The notes under the pieces are model-generated. The model was not told where the DNA came from, ran no database searches, and saw only the letters and a list, made by a program, of their open reading frames with translations. The position numbers and the translations under genes were made by a program. DNA of 60,962 bases. It comes from Clostridia bacterium (lineage in GTDB: Bacteria > Bacillota > Clostridia > Christensenellales > DTU072). The stretch is from contig JAFVAC010000033.1 of assembly GCA_017476265.1 (NCBI GenBank), positions 1 to 60,962 on the forward strand. Direction: 5' to 3'. This document shows, in pieces, positions 19,012 to 29,350 of the stretch (position 1 is its first letter; every line of letters begins with the position of its first letter).

Positions 19012-20966
19012 TGGAAAAATTTGAATTGGTGACTAAGTTCAAGCCCTGTGGCGATCAGCAACAGGCGATTGACAAACTGGTCGAGGGCGTGGAAGACGGT
19101 CTGCGTATGCAGGTCCTTTTGGGCGTGACCGGATCGGGCAAAACTTTTACGATGGCGAACGTGATCGCAAGGCTCAATCGCCCCGCGCTCGTGATCGCGC
19201 ACAACAAGACCCTCGCCGCACAGCTTTGCAATGAGTTTAAGGAGCTCTTCCCGCACAATCGCGTGGAGTACTTTGTGTCCTACTACGACTACTACCGCCC
19301 CGAGGCGTACATTCCCTCCACCGACACCTACATCGAAAAAGATATGTCGATGAACGACGAGATCGACAAGTTGCGCCACTCGGCGACGGCGTCTCTCGGG
19401 GAGAGACGGGACGTCATAGTGGTCGCTTCGGTGTCCTGTATCTACGGTCTTGGGGCACCCGAAGAGTACTTTTCGCAGATGATCTCCCTTCGTCCCAATA
19501 CGACGGTGGACAGAGACAAACTGATCGACAGACTGGTCAGTTTGCAATATAAACGGAACGATATCGACTTTGTGCGTTCTTCCTTCCGTGTGCGCGGAGA
19601 TGTTTTGGAAATTTTCCCCTCCAACAATTCTTCCATAGCGATCCGGGTGGAGTTTTTCGGGGACGAGATAGAGAGGATCTGCGAGTTCGACCCGGTGACC
19701 AACAAGGCGATCTCGACGCTTAGTCACGCGGCGATCTTTCCGGCGAGCCACTACGTCGTGGGCGAGGAGAAAGTGGAAAAAACGCTCGAGAGGATCAAGG
19801 CGGACATGATCGAGGAGTGCGCCTCCTTCCGGGACCGGGACAAACTCATCGAGGAGCAGCGGCTCCGCGAGCGGGTCAACTACGATATGGAGATGATCCG
19901 GGAGATCGGCTATTGCTCCGGGATAGAGAACTATTCCCGCTATTTTGACGGAAGAAAGCCGGGCGAGCCGCCCTTTACGCTGTTGGATTATTTCCCGGAC
20001 GATTTTATTATGTTCGTGGACGAGTCGCATATGACCTTGCCGCAGATACGGGGTATGTATGCGGGAGACCGCGCGCGAAAGGACAACCTCGTCGGATACG
20101 GATTCCGATTGAAGTCCGCCTACGACAATCGCCCGCTCAACTTTGACGAGTTCTCGGCGCGCTACTCGCAGATCGTCTGCGTCAGTGCAACTCCGGGAGA
20201 GTATGAACTCCGCGAGCAGAGCCGGATCGTGGAGCAGTTGCTCCGACCGACGGGGCTCATCGACCCGCCCATCGAGATCCGCCCGACGGAGGGGCAGATA
20301 GACGACCTCGTGGGGGAGATATACGCCACGGTGGAAAAGGGCGGTCGCGTATTGGTGACCACGCTGACCAAGAAGATGGCGGAGAGTTTGACGTTGTATC
20401 TTGCCGAACGGAACATCAAGGCGACCTATATGCACAGCGACATCGATACGTTGGAGCGGATCGAGATCATCACCGCTCTAAGACGGGGCGAGACCGATGT
20501 CATCGTCGGGATCAACCTCCTCCGGGAGGGGCTGGACATACCGGAAGTGATGTTGGTGGTCATTCTGGACGCCGACAAAGAGGGATTTTTACGCAGTCGA
20601 AGCTCTCTTATTCAGACCGTAGGCAGAGCGGCGCGTAACGCCGACGCGAGGGTCATCTTCTATGCCGACGTCATGACGGACAGTATGAAAGCGGCGATAG
20701 ACGAGACCGACCGACGCAGAGAGTATCAGATCGCCTACAATAAGCAACACGGCATTACGCCGAAGACGGTCTACAAGGAGATCAAAAACAACGTGGTCAT
20801 CACTGCCAAAGCCAAAGGCGGGGAGAAGATGTCGAAAAAGGACGTCACCAAGGAGATCGAACGCTTGACGGGGCTCATGAAAGTGGCGAGCGCGCAACTC
20901 GACTTCGAGAGTTGTATCAAATTTCGGGACGAGATCGCCGAATTGCGTTCGCTTTTGAAAAAATAA
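19011..20966 (+). CDS. uvrB: Excinuclease ABC subunit B
   Basis: [44 protein letters not shown]; start reassigned to MEKFEL. Confidence 0.97.
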   Translation: MEKFELVTKFKPCGDQQQAIDKLVEGVEDGLRMQVLLGVTGSGKTFTMANVIARLNRPALVIAHNKTLAAQLCNEFKELFPHNRVEYFVSYYDYYRPEAYIPSTDTYIEKDMSMNDEIDKLRHSATASLGERRDVIVVASVSCIYGLGAPEEYFSQMISLRPNTTVDRDKLIDRLVSLQYKRNDIDFVRSSFRVRGDVLEIFPSNNSSIAIRVEFFGDEIERICEFDPVTNKAISTLSHAAIFPASHYVVGEEKVEKTLERIKADMIEECASFRDRDKLIEEQRLRERVNYDMEMIREIGYCSGIENYSRYFDGRKPGEPPFTLLDYFPDDFIMFVDESHMTLPQIRGMYAGDRARKDNLVGYGFRLKSAYDNRPLNFDEFSARYSQIVCVSATPGEYELREQSRIVEQLLRPTGLIDPPIEIRPTEGQIDDLVGEIYATVEKGGRVLVTTLTKKMAESLTLYLAERNIKATYMHSDIDTLERIEIITALRRGETDVIVGINLLREGLDIPEVMLVVILDADKEGFLRSRSSLIQTVGRAARNADARVIFYADVMTDSMKAAIDETDRRREYQIAYNKQHGITPKTVYKEIKNNVVITAKAKGGEKMSKKDVTKEIERLTGLMKVASAQLDFESCIKFRDEIAELRSLLKK

Positions 20967-21023
20967 ACATTGGGAAAACTCCTTTTCGGAAAGGAATACG
21001 AAAGAGGACAAGAAGGAGACAGA

Positions 21024-23822
21024 ATGAACGATATCATCATCAAAGGCGCCCGCGCCAACAACTTAAAAAACGTGGACGTGATCATCCCCCGGGACAAACT
21101 GGTGGTCTTCACCGGACTGTCGGGCAGCGGCAAGTCGAGTCTTGCGTTCGACACCATCTTTGCCGAAGGACAGCGGCGGTACGTCGAGAGTCTGTCCAGC
21201 TATGCGCGACAATTTTTGGGGCAGATGGACAAGCCGGACGTGGACAGCATCACCGGTCTGTCTCCCGCCATATCCATCGACCAGAAGACCACTTCGCAGA
21301 ACCCCCGCTCCACAGTTGGCACGGTGACGGAGATATACGATTATCTGCGCCTTTTGTACGCCAATATCGGACTGCCCCACTGTCCCAAGTGCGGCAAGCC
21401 CATCACCTCCATCACCGTCGATCAGATTGTGGACGAGGTAAAAAAACTCCCTTCGGGGGCGAAGTTTTTGGTGATGGCTCCCATCGTCCGCGGACGAAAG
21501 GGGGAGTTCGTCAAACAGTTGGAATCCCTGCGTAAGTCTGGGTACGCCCGCGTCAAGGTGGACGGCTCCGTCTACGGACTGGACGAGGAAATTAAACTGG
21601 ACAAAAATCTCAAGCACACCATCTCCGTCGTCGTGGACAGACTGGTGATGAAAGAGGGGTTGGATCGGCGCTTGACCGAGAGTATCGAGACCGCGCTCAA
21701 ACTCGCCGAAGGACTCGTCGATATCGAGCACGACGGGCAAGAGATCGCTTATTCCACCAACTTTTCCTGCCCGGACTGCGGGATCTCCATCGGGGAGATC
21801 AACCCGAGACTGTTTTCCTTCAACGCCCCCTACGGCGCGTGCGAGGCGTGCTCGGGGCTGGGATTCAAGTCGGAATTGGACGTCAATAAACTGATCCCCA
21901 ATCCCTCTCTGTCCATTGCGGAGGGCGCCATCAAGTGTACGGGCTGGAATCTGGACGCCGTGGGGATGACGATGTCGCAGTTCCGCGCGCTTTCCAAAAA
22001 GTACGGTTTTTCGCTGGAAGTCCCTTTCAAGGATCTGCCTAAAAGATACCAGGATATCGTCCTGTACGGCAACGGGGACGAAAAGTTGGAGTTGACCGCG
22101 CACACGAAGAACTTTTCCATGAGCTACAATATGCGCTACGAGGGCATCGTCAACAATTTGGAGCGGCGGTACCGCGAGACGCAATCGGAGGGCGTCCGCG
22201 CCGATATAGAAAAGCTGATGACCGCCCGTCCCTGCGAGTGCTGTAAGGGAAAGCGTCTGAAAAAAGAAGTCCTCGGCATCACCGTCGGCGGGCTCAATAT
22301 CGCCGATCTGACCGACTTGTCGGTCTCCAAACTCCCCGCCTTTTTCGACGGATTGGACCTGACCGAGCGCGACAAGATCATCGCGAAACCCATTCTGAAA
22401 GAGTTGGGCGAGCGGGTGAAATTCCTCAACGACGTCGGGCTCAATTACCTCACGCTCAGTCGCGCCAGCGCGACGCTTTCGGGCGGGGAAGCGCAGAGGA
22501 TCCGACTCGCCACGCAGATAGGGAGCGGACTGATGGGCGTCCTGTACATTCTGGACGAGCCGAGTATCGGTCTGCATCAGAGAGACAACGAAAAGTTGAT
22601 CGCCACGCTGAAGAGACTGCGCGACCTTGGAAATACCCTCATCGTCGTCGAGCACGACGAGGACACGATGCGCGCGGCGGACTACATCGTGGACATCGGA
22701 CCCGGAGCCGGGCTCAAAGGGGGAGAACTGGTGGTCGCGGGCACCTTGCGGGACGTGATGGACTGCACCCGGTCGGTCACGGGGGATTTTCTTTCCGGCA
22801 GGAGGAAGATAGCCATACCCGAAGTCCGTCGGGAGGGCAACGGACACCTCCTCACCGTCAAGGGCGCCCGGCAAAACAACCTCAAAAATATATCCGTCTC
22901 CTTCCGACTCGGCACGCTCAACGTCGTCACCGGCGTCAGCGGGAGCGGCAAGTCCAGTTTGGTCAACGGGATCCTGTATCCGAAACTCTCCAATCTCTTG
23001 AACAGGAGTCGTCTGCCGGAAGGGGACTGCGACGAGATAGAAGGGTCGGAGTACCTCGACAAAGTCATCGCCATCGATCAGAGCCCCATAGGTCGCACGC
23101 CGCGGAGCAACCCGGCGACCTACACCGGCGTGTTCACTTATATCAGGGAGCTGTTTGCCAAGACCCCCGACGCACAGGCGAGAGGGTACGGCGCGGGACG
23201 ATTTTCCTTCAACGTCAAGGGCGGGCGGTGTGAGAACTGCACCGGTGACGGCATTATCACGATCGAAATGCACTTTTTGCCCGACGTGTACGTCCCCTGC
23301 GAGGTCTGCAAAGGAAAGCGGTACAACAGGGAGACTTTGGAGGTCAAGTACAAAGGAAAGTCCATCTACGACGTCCTCGATATGACGGTGGACGAAGCGG
23401 TGGAGTTCTTTGAAAACGTCCCCCGCATCTATAACAAGATCAAGACTTTGCAGGACGTAGGACTGGGGTACATCAAACTGGGTCAGCCGGCAACGACCTT
23501 CTCGGGAGGGGAGGCGCAGAGGATAAAACTCGCCACCGAACTGTCTAAGCGCAGCACCGGAAAGACCCTGTATATACTGGACGAGCCTACGACCGGATTG
23601 CACGTCGCGGACGTGGAAAAACTGATCGGGATCCTGGACCGCTTGGTCAACGCGGGCAACACCGTCGTCGTCATAGAGCACAATCTCGACGTCATACGGG
23701 TGGCGGACTATCTCGTCGATCTCGGACCGGAAGGCGGGGACGGCGGAGGGACCGTCGTGGCGACCGGCACGCCGGAAGAGGTCAAAAAAGTCAAAGAGAG
23801 CTTTACCGGGCAATATATTTAG
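21024..23822 (+). CDS. uvrA: Excinuclease ABC subunit A
   Basis: [14 protein letters not shown], two ABC cassettes (SGGEAQR), Zn fingers; RBS AGGAG before MNDIIIKGA. Confidence 0.97.
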   Translation: MNDIIIKGARANNLKNVDVIIPRDKLVVFTGLSGSGKSSLAFDTIFAEGQRRYVESLSSYARQFLGQMDKPDVDSITGLSPAISIDQKTTSQNPRSTVGTVTEIYDYLRLLYANIGLPHCPKCGKPITSITVDQIVDEVKKLPSGAKFLVMAPIVRGRKGEFVKQLESLRKSGYARVKVDGSVYGLDEEIKLDKNLKHTISVVVDRLVMKEGLDRRLTESIETALKLAEGLVDIEHDGQEIAYSTNFSCPDCGISIGEINPRLFSFNAPYGACEACSGLGFKSELDVNKLIPNPSLSIAEGAIKCTGWNLDAVGMTMSQFRALSKKYGFSLEVPFKDLPKRYQDIVLYGNGDEKLELTAHTKNFSMSYNMRYEGIVNNLERRYRETQSEGVRADIEKLMTARPCECCKGKRLKKEVLGITVGGLNIADLTDLSVSKLPAFFDGLDLTERDKIIAKPILKELGERVKFLNDVGLNYLTLSRASATLSGGEAQRIRLATQIGSGLMGVLYILDEPSIGLHQRDNEKLIATLKRLRDLGNTLIVVEHDEDTMRAADYIVDIGPGAGLKGGELVVAGTLRDVMDCTRSVTGDFLSGRRKIAIPEVRREGNGHLLTVKGARQNNLKNISVSFRLGTLNVVTGVSGSGKSSLVNGILYPKLSNLLNRSRLPEGDCDEIEGSEYLDKVIAIDQSPIGRTPRSNPATYTGVFTYIRELFAKTPDAQARGYGAGRFSFNVKGGRCENCTGDGIITIEMHFLPDVYVPCEVCKGKRYNRETLEVKYKGKSIYDVLDMTVDEAVEFFENVPRIYNKIKTLQDVGLGYIKLGQPATTFSGGEAQRIKLATELSKRSTGKTLYILDEPTTGLHVADVEKLIGILDRLVNAGNTVVVIEHNLDVIRVADYLVDLGPEGGDGGGTVVATGTPEEVKKVKESFTGQYI

Positions 23823-23954
23823 AAGCCTCCTGTCGATCGAACGCGTTCTCAATGGGATTCCTTGCGACGCTTGTCGTCAGCGGGCGAAACGCTTGTTTTT
23901 TACTTTATCTTAGTGTATAATGATACGGAAAACAGATATTTACTCGGAGAGACT

Positions 23955-24356
23955 ATGACCAAAGTGTACACATTCGATCTGAAGACCGACGAACAGGCTT
24001 TTTATAACATCACCGCGCAGGTGAAACAGGCTATTTCGGACAGCGGCGTCAAAGAGGGGATCTGCCTTGTCTACTGTCCGCATACCACCGCCGCAATCAC
24101 CATCAACGAAAACGCCGACGAGTACGTGGCTAAGGACGTCATCTTTGCTATGAAGAAGGTTTTTCCGCGCTTTCCGGAGTTCCGGCACGACGAAGGGAAC
24201 AGCGACGGACACGTCAAATGCAGCGTCCTCGGCGCGAGCGAGACTTTGATCGTGACCGACGGCAAGCCCATCCTCGGACGGTGGCAGGACGTGTATTTTG
24301 CCGAGTTCGACCCGCCAAGAAGCAGGAACTTTTTCGTCAAAGTCATCGAGGGATAA
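23955..24356 (+). CDS. YjbQ/UPF0047 family protein
   Basis: PHTTAAITINENAD, HDEGNSDGHVK, LGRWQ..FAEFD. Confidence 0.9.
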   Translation: MTKVYTFDLKTDEQAFYNITAQVKQAISDSGVKEGICLVYCPHTTAAITINENADEYVAKDVIFAMKKVFPRFPEFRHDEGNSDGHVKCSVLGASETLIVTDGKPILGRWQDVYFAEFDPPRSRNFFVKVIEG

Positions 24357-24434
24357 AAAAACGACGGCGAAAAGCCGTCTTTTTGCATTACGATCAAAAA
24401 CAATGGAATCATATAGAGAGGAGGAAAAAAGAAT

Positions 24435-25547
24435 ATGATCGACGCAAGACTCAAAAAATTGGCTCATCTTTTGGTCAACTATTCCTGCCGCTTGCAGGCG
24501 GGCGAGAAGATATTGATCGACGCGATCGGCGCGCCGACAGAGTTTGTCTCGGCGGTCGTCAAAGAAGTCTACGCCGTGGGCGGGATGCCCTTCGTGCAGA
24601 TGACCGACAACAGGGTCAAGAGGACATTGGTCGAGGGAATGACGGAAGAGCTGGCAAAGAAGATGGACGAATACGAAGCGTATCGTATGCGCGAGATGGA
24701 CGCCTACATCGGGATCCGCGGCGGCAACAACGACCTCGAACTGTCCGACGTGGAGGAGGAGAAAAAGACGGTCTATAACAAGTTCTACGCCTCTCCCATC
24801 TGCAATCTCCGCGTGGAGACCACCAAGTGGGTGATCCTGCGCTATCCGTCGGAAGGTATGGCGCAACTCGCCAAGATGAGCACGGAAAAGTTCGAGGACT
24901 ATTTCCTCGACGTGTGTACGATGGACTACGCCCGGATGAACAAGGCGATGGACGCCTTGCAGGACTTGATGAAGCGCACCGACAAAGTCCGTCTGATCGC
25001 GCGAGACACCGATCTGAGTTTCAGTATCAAAAATATCGGCGCGGTCAAGTGCGCGGGAGAATGCAACATCCCCGACGGCGAGGTCTATTCCGCTCCCGTC
25101 AAGAACAGCGTCAACGGCTACATCCACTACAACGCGCCGTCTATCGAAAACGGCTTCGAGTTCAAGGACGTGAGGCTGACCTTTAAGGACGGCAAGATCA
25201 TAGAAGCCACCGCCAACGATTCCGCCGCCGCCAACGCCATCTTCGACACCGACGAGGGCGCCCGGTACGTCGGAGAATTCGCCATCGGCGTCAATCCGTA
25301 TGTGACCAAGCCGATGGGGGACATCCTCTTCGACGAAAAGATCGCCGGCAGTATCCACTTCACGCCCGGCTGCTGCTACGACGACTGCGAAAACGGAAAC
25401 AAGTCCGCCGTCCACTGGGACCTCGTACTCATTATGACGCCGGAGTACGGCGGGGGAGAGATCTGGTTCGACGACGTTCTTATCCGCAAAGACGGACGGT
25501 TTGTTTTGCCCGAACTTCTTTGTTTGAACCCCGAAAACCTGAAATAA
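24435..25547 (+). CDS. Aminopeptidase (M29 family)
   Basis: NIPDGEVYSAP, GEFAIG, LFDEKIAGSIHFTPG, SAVHWD. Confidence 0.92.
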   Translation: MIDARLKKLAHLLVNYSCRLQAGEKILIDAIGAPTEFVSAVVKEVYAVGGMPFVQMTDNRVKRTLVEGMTEELAKKMDEYEAYRMREMDAYIGIRGGNNDLELSDVEEEKKTVYNKFYASPICNLRVETTKWVILRYPSEGMAQLAKMSTEKFEDYFLDVCTMDYARMNKAMDALQDLMKRTDKVRLIARDTDLSFSIKNIGAVKCAGECNIPDGEVYSAPVKNSVNGYIHYNAPSIENGFEFKDVRLTFKDGKIIEATANDSAAANAIFDTDEGARYVGEFAIGVNPYVTKPMGDILFDEKIAGSIHFTPGCCYDDCENGNKSAVHWDLVLIMTPEYGGGEIWFDDVLIRKDGRFVLPELLCLNPENLK

Positions 25548-25569
25548 AGAGCCCCAAACGGAGATTGAT

Positions 25570-26778
25570 ATGAAAAAAGAACAATCCGGGACAAAAGTCC
25601 GCAAGCCGTCGTTTTTTCTCTACACGTTTCCGGTGATCGTCGCGTCCTGGTACTTCCGACTCAAGTGGCGCATAAAGATCGATCGAAAACAGATGCGTCA
25701 CGTTAAGGGACCGATACTGTGTCTTGCCAATCACGGCAGCACCATCGACGCGGTGATCAGTCAAATCGCGCTGTTCCCGCGCAGATATAATATCGTCACG
25801 GGCAAGGACCTCTTCACCTGGAAGAGCCTCCGTCCTTTTATTCAAAGATACGGCGCCATTCCCAAAAATCAGTGTACCATCGATCTATCCGCCATGCGTG
25901 CCATGAAGTCGGCGATCGAATCGGGCAACAACGTCATCATCTATCCCGAGGGTCGCACCTCTTTGGACGGCAAGGGACTGCCGATGACGACGGGGATAGG
26001 CAAGTTCGTCAAGTTCTTGGACGCGACGGTGGTCATACTGCATACCGACGGGTCCTATATGACCCATCCGAGATACTTCGGCGGGAGTCGCAAGGGCAGA
26101 GTCTATGCCCGGGTGTACCCCTTGTTTTCGCAAGAAGAGGTCCGCCAAAAGTCCCCCAAGGAGATCTACGAAGAAGTGGCGAAAGCGTTGGAATTCAACG
26201 ACCACGTTTATCAGAAGGAGAACAAGATCCGCTACAAGTCGAAAGAGCCGGCAAAGAACCTCAACTATATCCTCTACAAGTGCCCCAAGTGCGGAGCCGA
26301 GTATGAAAACGTCGTCGAAGACGGCAGAGTTCTGCGCTGTAAGGCGTGCGGCAACGCGGTGGAGTACACCGAGTACGGCGACCTTTTGCCGAAAGACGAT
26401 TCGGTCGGGTTCGAGCGGGTGGATCTGTGGTACGACTACGAAAAGCAGTCCTGCGCGGAAGAACTGGAAAGGGAGGATTTTCGCTTCGATAAAGAGGTAA
26501 AACTTTTGATTCCCAACGGCTCCGAGTTCGTCGAACGCGGTCGCGGGAGATTGGTCATTGCCGACGGCAGGATCTCCTATTGTGGGACCAAAGACGGCGA
26601 AGAGATCGAACTTTTTCAGGATCTGAAGACCCTCAATACCATCGTGACGAAAAATACCGAAGGGGTGGACCTAACCTTTGACGAAGTGATCCATCGCTTC
26701 TTGTTCGTCGAAGGGAAGTGGTCGGTCAAGTGCTGTCACCTCGTCGAGGCGTATTATTCCAAGTACGGCAAGAAATAA
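25570..26778 (+). CDS. PlsC-like acyltransferase with C-terminal Cys-containing extension
   Basis: NHGSTID (HX4D), YPEGRTS; CPKC..CKAC. Confidence 0.85.
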   Translation: MKKEQSGTKVRKPSFFLYTFPVIVASWYFRLKWRIKIDRKQMRHVKGPILCLANHGSTIDAVISQIALFPRRYNIVTGKDLFTWKSLRPFIQRYGAIPKNQCTIDLSAMRAMKSAIESGNNVIIYPEGRTSLDGKGLPMTTGIGKFVKFLDATVVILHTDGSYMTHPRYFGGSRKGRVYARVYPLFSQEEVRQKSPKEIYEEVAKALEFNDHVYQKENKIRYKSKEPAKNLNYILYKCPKCGAEYENVVEDGRVLRCKACGNAVEYTEYGDLLPKDDSVGFERVDLWYDYEKQSCAEELEREDFRFDKEVKLLIPNGSEFVERGRGRLVIADGRISYCGTKDGEEIELFQDLKTLNTIVTKNTEGVDLTFDEVIHRFLFVEGKWSVKCCHLVEAYYSKYGKK

Positions 26779-26953
26779 CCGATTGAGTGATCGATTCTTT
26801 TCGATCAAAAAACGGGCGAGTCGCCCGTTTTTTGTCGGTTTCGGTCGAAAAACGGGTTGACAAGGTCCGTAGCCTTTGGTACAATAACGGCGGGACAAGA
26901 TTATTTTCTCAAGCGGAGATAAAGACTATTATCGAATACTCGGAGGACGAAAG

Positions 26954-27228
26954 ATGACCTTGACCAAGCGTTTGTTTTTAGCGGTAGACAAGATTTTTTA
27001 CCACAAGCAAAATCCAATCAAAAAGACGAAAGAACTTCTGAGCGGGGTCACCGTGATCCGCGACGTCTCGTATGCTCCCGACTTTCCCGAGAAGTCGGAA
27101 CGCCGTGCGGAGAATACGGCAGTACAAAATTCGCCGACAATCACGCCTTCGTCATCAACAACCATAACAGGGTGGCAAAAGATGCGTGGGAAGCGGCGTT
27201 TGAGTTTGTCGAGAGGTTTTGTAAATAG
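26954..27228 (+). pseudogene. Internally deleted, frameshifted alpha/beta-hydrolase (esterase) remnant
   Basis: Promoter and RBS intact; N-term ..VTVIRDVSY; other frames give GTPCGEYGSTKFADNHAF and AKDAWEAAFEFVERFCK*, resembling a hydrolase C-terminus. Confidence 0.5.
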
Positions 27229-27333
27229 TTTTTGTCGTTTTTTGGACGGTTTTGCAAAAGCCCTTTTGAAGAGGAAAAGCGTCGTATACTGAAAGGAAGC
27301 GAGGGAATACTCTCGGTTTGTATGGAGGTAGAT

Positions 27334-27519
27334 ATGACTTATTATGTAGACAAAGAGACTTGTATCGGGTGCGGACTCTGCACGACGATCTGCCCGGAGG
27401 TGTTCGAGATGGACGCCGACGACTTAGCCAAAGCGATCGCCGACCCGGACGAAGCGACGAAAAGCGCCGCCGACGAAGCGCTGGAAAGTTGCCCGGTAGG
27501 CGCGATCGGCAAAAACTGA
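27334..27519 (+). CDS. Single-cluster ferredoxin
   Basis: CIGCGLCTTICP ... CPVGAI; RBS GGAGG. Confidence 0.93.
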   Translation: MTYYVDKETCIGCGLCTTICPEVFEMDADDLAKAIADPDEATKSAADEALESCPVGAIGKN

Positions 27520-27531
27520 CGCTTATTCAGA

Positions 27532-27657
27532 TCATTGTTTTTTTGTCCTGTCTGATTTTTTGACTATGGTTTCGCGCGGTGATTTCAGGTCTTCAACAAG
27601 GTTTGTTTTCTGAACGTGAAATTCGATGGATCGATCTCAGAGTTTTGATTCCGACAT
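27532..27657 (-). pseudogene. Decayed four-helix-bundle (23S rRNA IVP-like) gene
   Basis: RBS AGGAG then MSESKL*DRSIEFHVQKTNLVEDLKSPRETIVK, continuing NQTG after a frameshift; resembles clostridial four-helix-bundle N-termini as I recall them. Confidence 0.6.
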
Positions 27658-27680
27658 TGATTGGACTCCTTGGTTTTTGG

Positions 27681-27850
27681 GTGATATATGTGCCTGCGGC
27701 GCAAGTAATGTTATGCCTTGCGGCATAGTGATGTTGCCCGTTTTACTTCGCAGTGACGTGTTCTTTTCACGCGCAAAGTGCACGTCACTTTTCTAAGCAT
27801 ACATCACGCACAAGGTACGCATCACGTTCCGCGGTAGCGGAACATATCGT
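27681..27850 (-). repeat. Nested multi-helix palindromic element
   Basis: Four GTGAT/GTAAT/GTGAC-type segments (27681, 27705, 27728, 27753) mirrored by CACGTCAC/ATCAC-type segments (27781, 27801, 27819, 27844) with small hairpins between them. Confidence 0.7.
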
Positions 27851-27851
27851 T

Positions 27852-27889
27852 AAAAAAATCCCCTTTTGGTAGACAAAAGAGGATTTTTT
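27852..27889 (-). terminator. Hairpin/terminator directly 3' of tRNA-Gln
   Basis: AAAAAAATCCCCTTTTG-GTAGA-CAAAAGAGGATTTTTT, A/T runs both sides. Confidence 0.7.
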
Positions 27890-27963
27890 TGGCAGGAGTA
27901 GTAAGAATCGAACTTACGCCAGAGGAGTCAGAGGCCTCTGTGCTGCCATTACACCATACTCCA
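27890..27963 (-). tRNA. tRNA-Gln (anticodon CTG)
   Basis: TGGAGTA-TG-GTGTAATGGCAGCAC-A-GAGGC-CTCTGAC-TCCTC-TGGC-GTAAG-TTCGATT-CTTAC-TACTCCT-GCCA folds as cloverleaf with encoded CCA. Confidence 0.92.
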
Positions 27964-27988
27964 GCAAATAAATAACTGACTGTTGCTT

Positions 27989-28017
27989 ATTATACACGAT
28001 GATTTTTTATTTTGCAA
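27989..28017 (-). promoter_or_regulatory. sigmaA-type promoter of tRNA-Gln
   Basis: TTGCAA-17 nt-TATAAT on minus strand. Confidence 0.75.
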
Positions 28018-28044
28018 GGATTTTGAGGGAAGATTTTACAGCGT

Positions 28045-28875
28045 TTATAAAAGAGCGAGACTTTGGCGCGATTCTTTTCCGTGGACCGCTTCGTTTATCC
28101 CGTCGGCGATGACGTCGGCGTAGGCGCGTATCTGATAGTCGATCTCTTTGGCGGCGACGGTGAGGGTGCGCAAAGCGTCGGACTCGGCAAAGTCCCCTTT
28201 CGCAAACTCCGCGAGGATCTTTCGCGCATACATGACGGTGGGCACGCCGATCGCCACGACGGGTACGCCGAGAGAGCGTTCGTTCAGGATCGGTTTCGCA
28301 TTGGCGACGCCGCCGCCGGGCTCGATCCCCGCGTCGGAGAGTTGTATGACTCGACCGAGCCGCTCCGTCTTTCCGCAGGCGAGCGCGTCCACGGCGAGGA
28401 CGATCTTCGGCTTTTCTCGTCCGACCACGGCGGACAAAAGGGAAAAACTCTCTATCCCCGTCGTGCCCGATACGCCGCATTTGACGGCGGACAGGTTGCC
28501 GTAGGCGCTCCGCACCTTGCCGTCGTCGTAGAGGTGCGAGGTGACGACAAGACGATCGACCACGGCGCACCCGAGGGCGTCGGCGGTGACGTGTTCGTTG
28601 CCCAGTCCCGCCACGAGGACTTTGTCACCGGGTCCGACGCGGTACTTTCCGAAATAGAATAACAGAGCGCGCGAGAACTCTTCCGAAAGTTTAGTCCGTA
28701 GCCTTTCGTCGTCGTAGAGGTCGGACTTTATCAGAAGAGATCGGTAGTCTCCGTCCTTCGCTTCGGTCTCGGAGATCGTTATTTTGCCGAAATATCGCTT
28801 GCTCTCCCGTCGGGACAGGATAAAATCAGGAGAGAGGGAGGTCGGCTCGAACAGTTCGGAAAAAATTTTTGCCAT
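28045..28875 (-). CDS. gpr: GPR germination endopeptidase
   Basis: GLGN..VTADALG, GTTGIES, VDALA, IQLSDAGIEPGGGVAN, VAIGVPTV; divergent from rpsT as is typical; start taken at MAKIFS. Confidence 0.85.
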   Translation of the reverse strand: MAKIFSELFEPTSLSPDFILSRRESKRYFGKITISETEAKDGDYRSLLIKSDLYDDERLRTKLSEEFSRALLFYFGKYRVGPGDKVLVAGLGNEHVTADALGCAVVDRLVVTSHLYDDGKVRSAYGNLSAVKCGVSGTTGIESFSLLSAVVGREKPKIVLAVDALACGKTERLGRVIQLSDAGIEPGGGVANAKPILNERSLGVPVVAIGVPTVMYARKILAEFAKGDFAESDALRTLTVAAKEIDYQIRAYADVIADGINEAVHGKESRQSLALL

Positions 28876-28991
28876 ACAAATTATTGTTTCCGAAAGGGAA
28901 AATATATAACGCAATACGGTTGACTTTTTCGGAATATTTGTGGTAAAATACCGATACGTAAACAAACCTTGTGTTTTTTAAGGAGAAATAA

Positions 28992-29267
28992 ATGGCTAAT
29001 ATCAAGTCTCAAAAGAAGCGCGTCCTCATCACCCGTGAAGAGAACGCTCGCAACACCTCTAAGCGTAGCGCGGTCAAGACCGCCATCAAGAAGTACGAAG
29101 CGGCTATCGCCGCCGGAGACGTCGCCAAGGCGGAAGAACTGCTCCCCGCTACCTTCGCCGCGATCGACGCAGCCAAGAGCGACGGACTCTTCCATATCAA
29201 CAACGCCGCCAGAAAGAAGGCTCGTTTGTCCAAGGCTCTGGACGAAGCCAAAAAAGCGCAAGCGTAA
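28992..29267 (+). CDS. rpsT: 30S ribosomal protein S20
   Basis: MANIKSQKKR..N..KRSAVKTAIKK..HINNAARKKARL. Confidence 0.97.
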   Translation: MANIKSQKKRVLITREENARNTSKRSAVKTAIKKYEAAIAAGDVAKAEELLPATFAAIDAAKSDGLFHINNAARKKARLSKALDEAKKAQA

Positions 29268-29350
29268 GTTTTTCCCGACAAGTACGAAAGACGACTTTGG
29301 TATAGCGGTAGCTATGCCTTTTTGTCTTATAGCGACGTGAGAGGTAATGT

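Noticed and set aside
23839-23848. GAAC-GC-GTTC resembling a Firmicute LexA box
   Set aside because: Spacer is 2 nt rather than 4, and it lies downstream of uvrA.
21063-23852. 929-aa antisense ORF opposite uvrA (also 6749..8407, 14507..16174, 18897..20435, 23940..25604, 50306..51892)
   Set aside because: Shadow frames of well-conserved genes, expected from GC-rich codon usage; no recognisable motifs.
27532-27657. Diversity-generating retroelement (Avd-like gene)
   Set aside because: No reverse transcriptase or template/variable repeat pair seen in the window.
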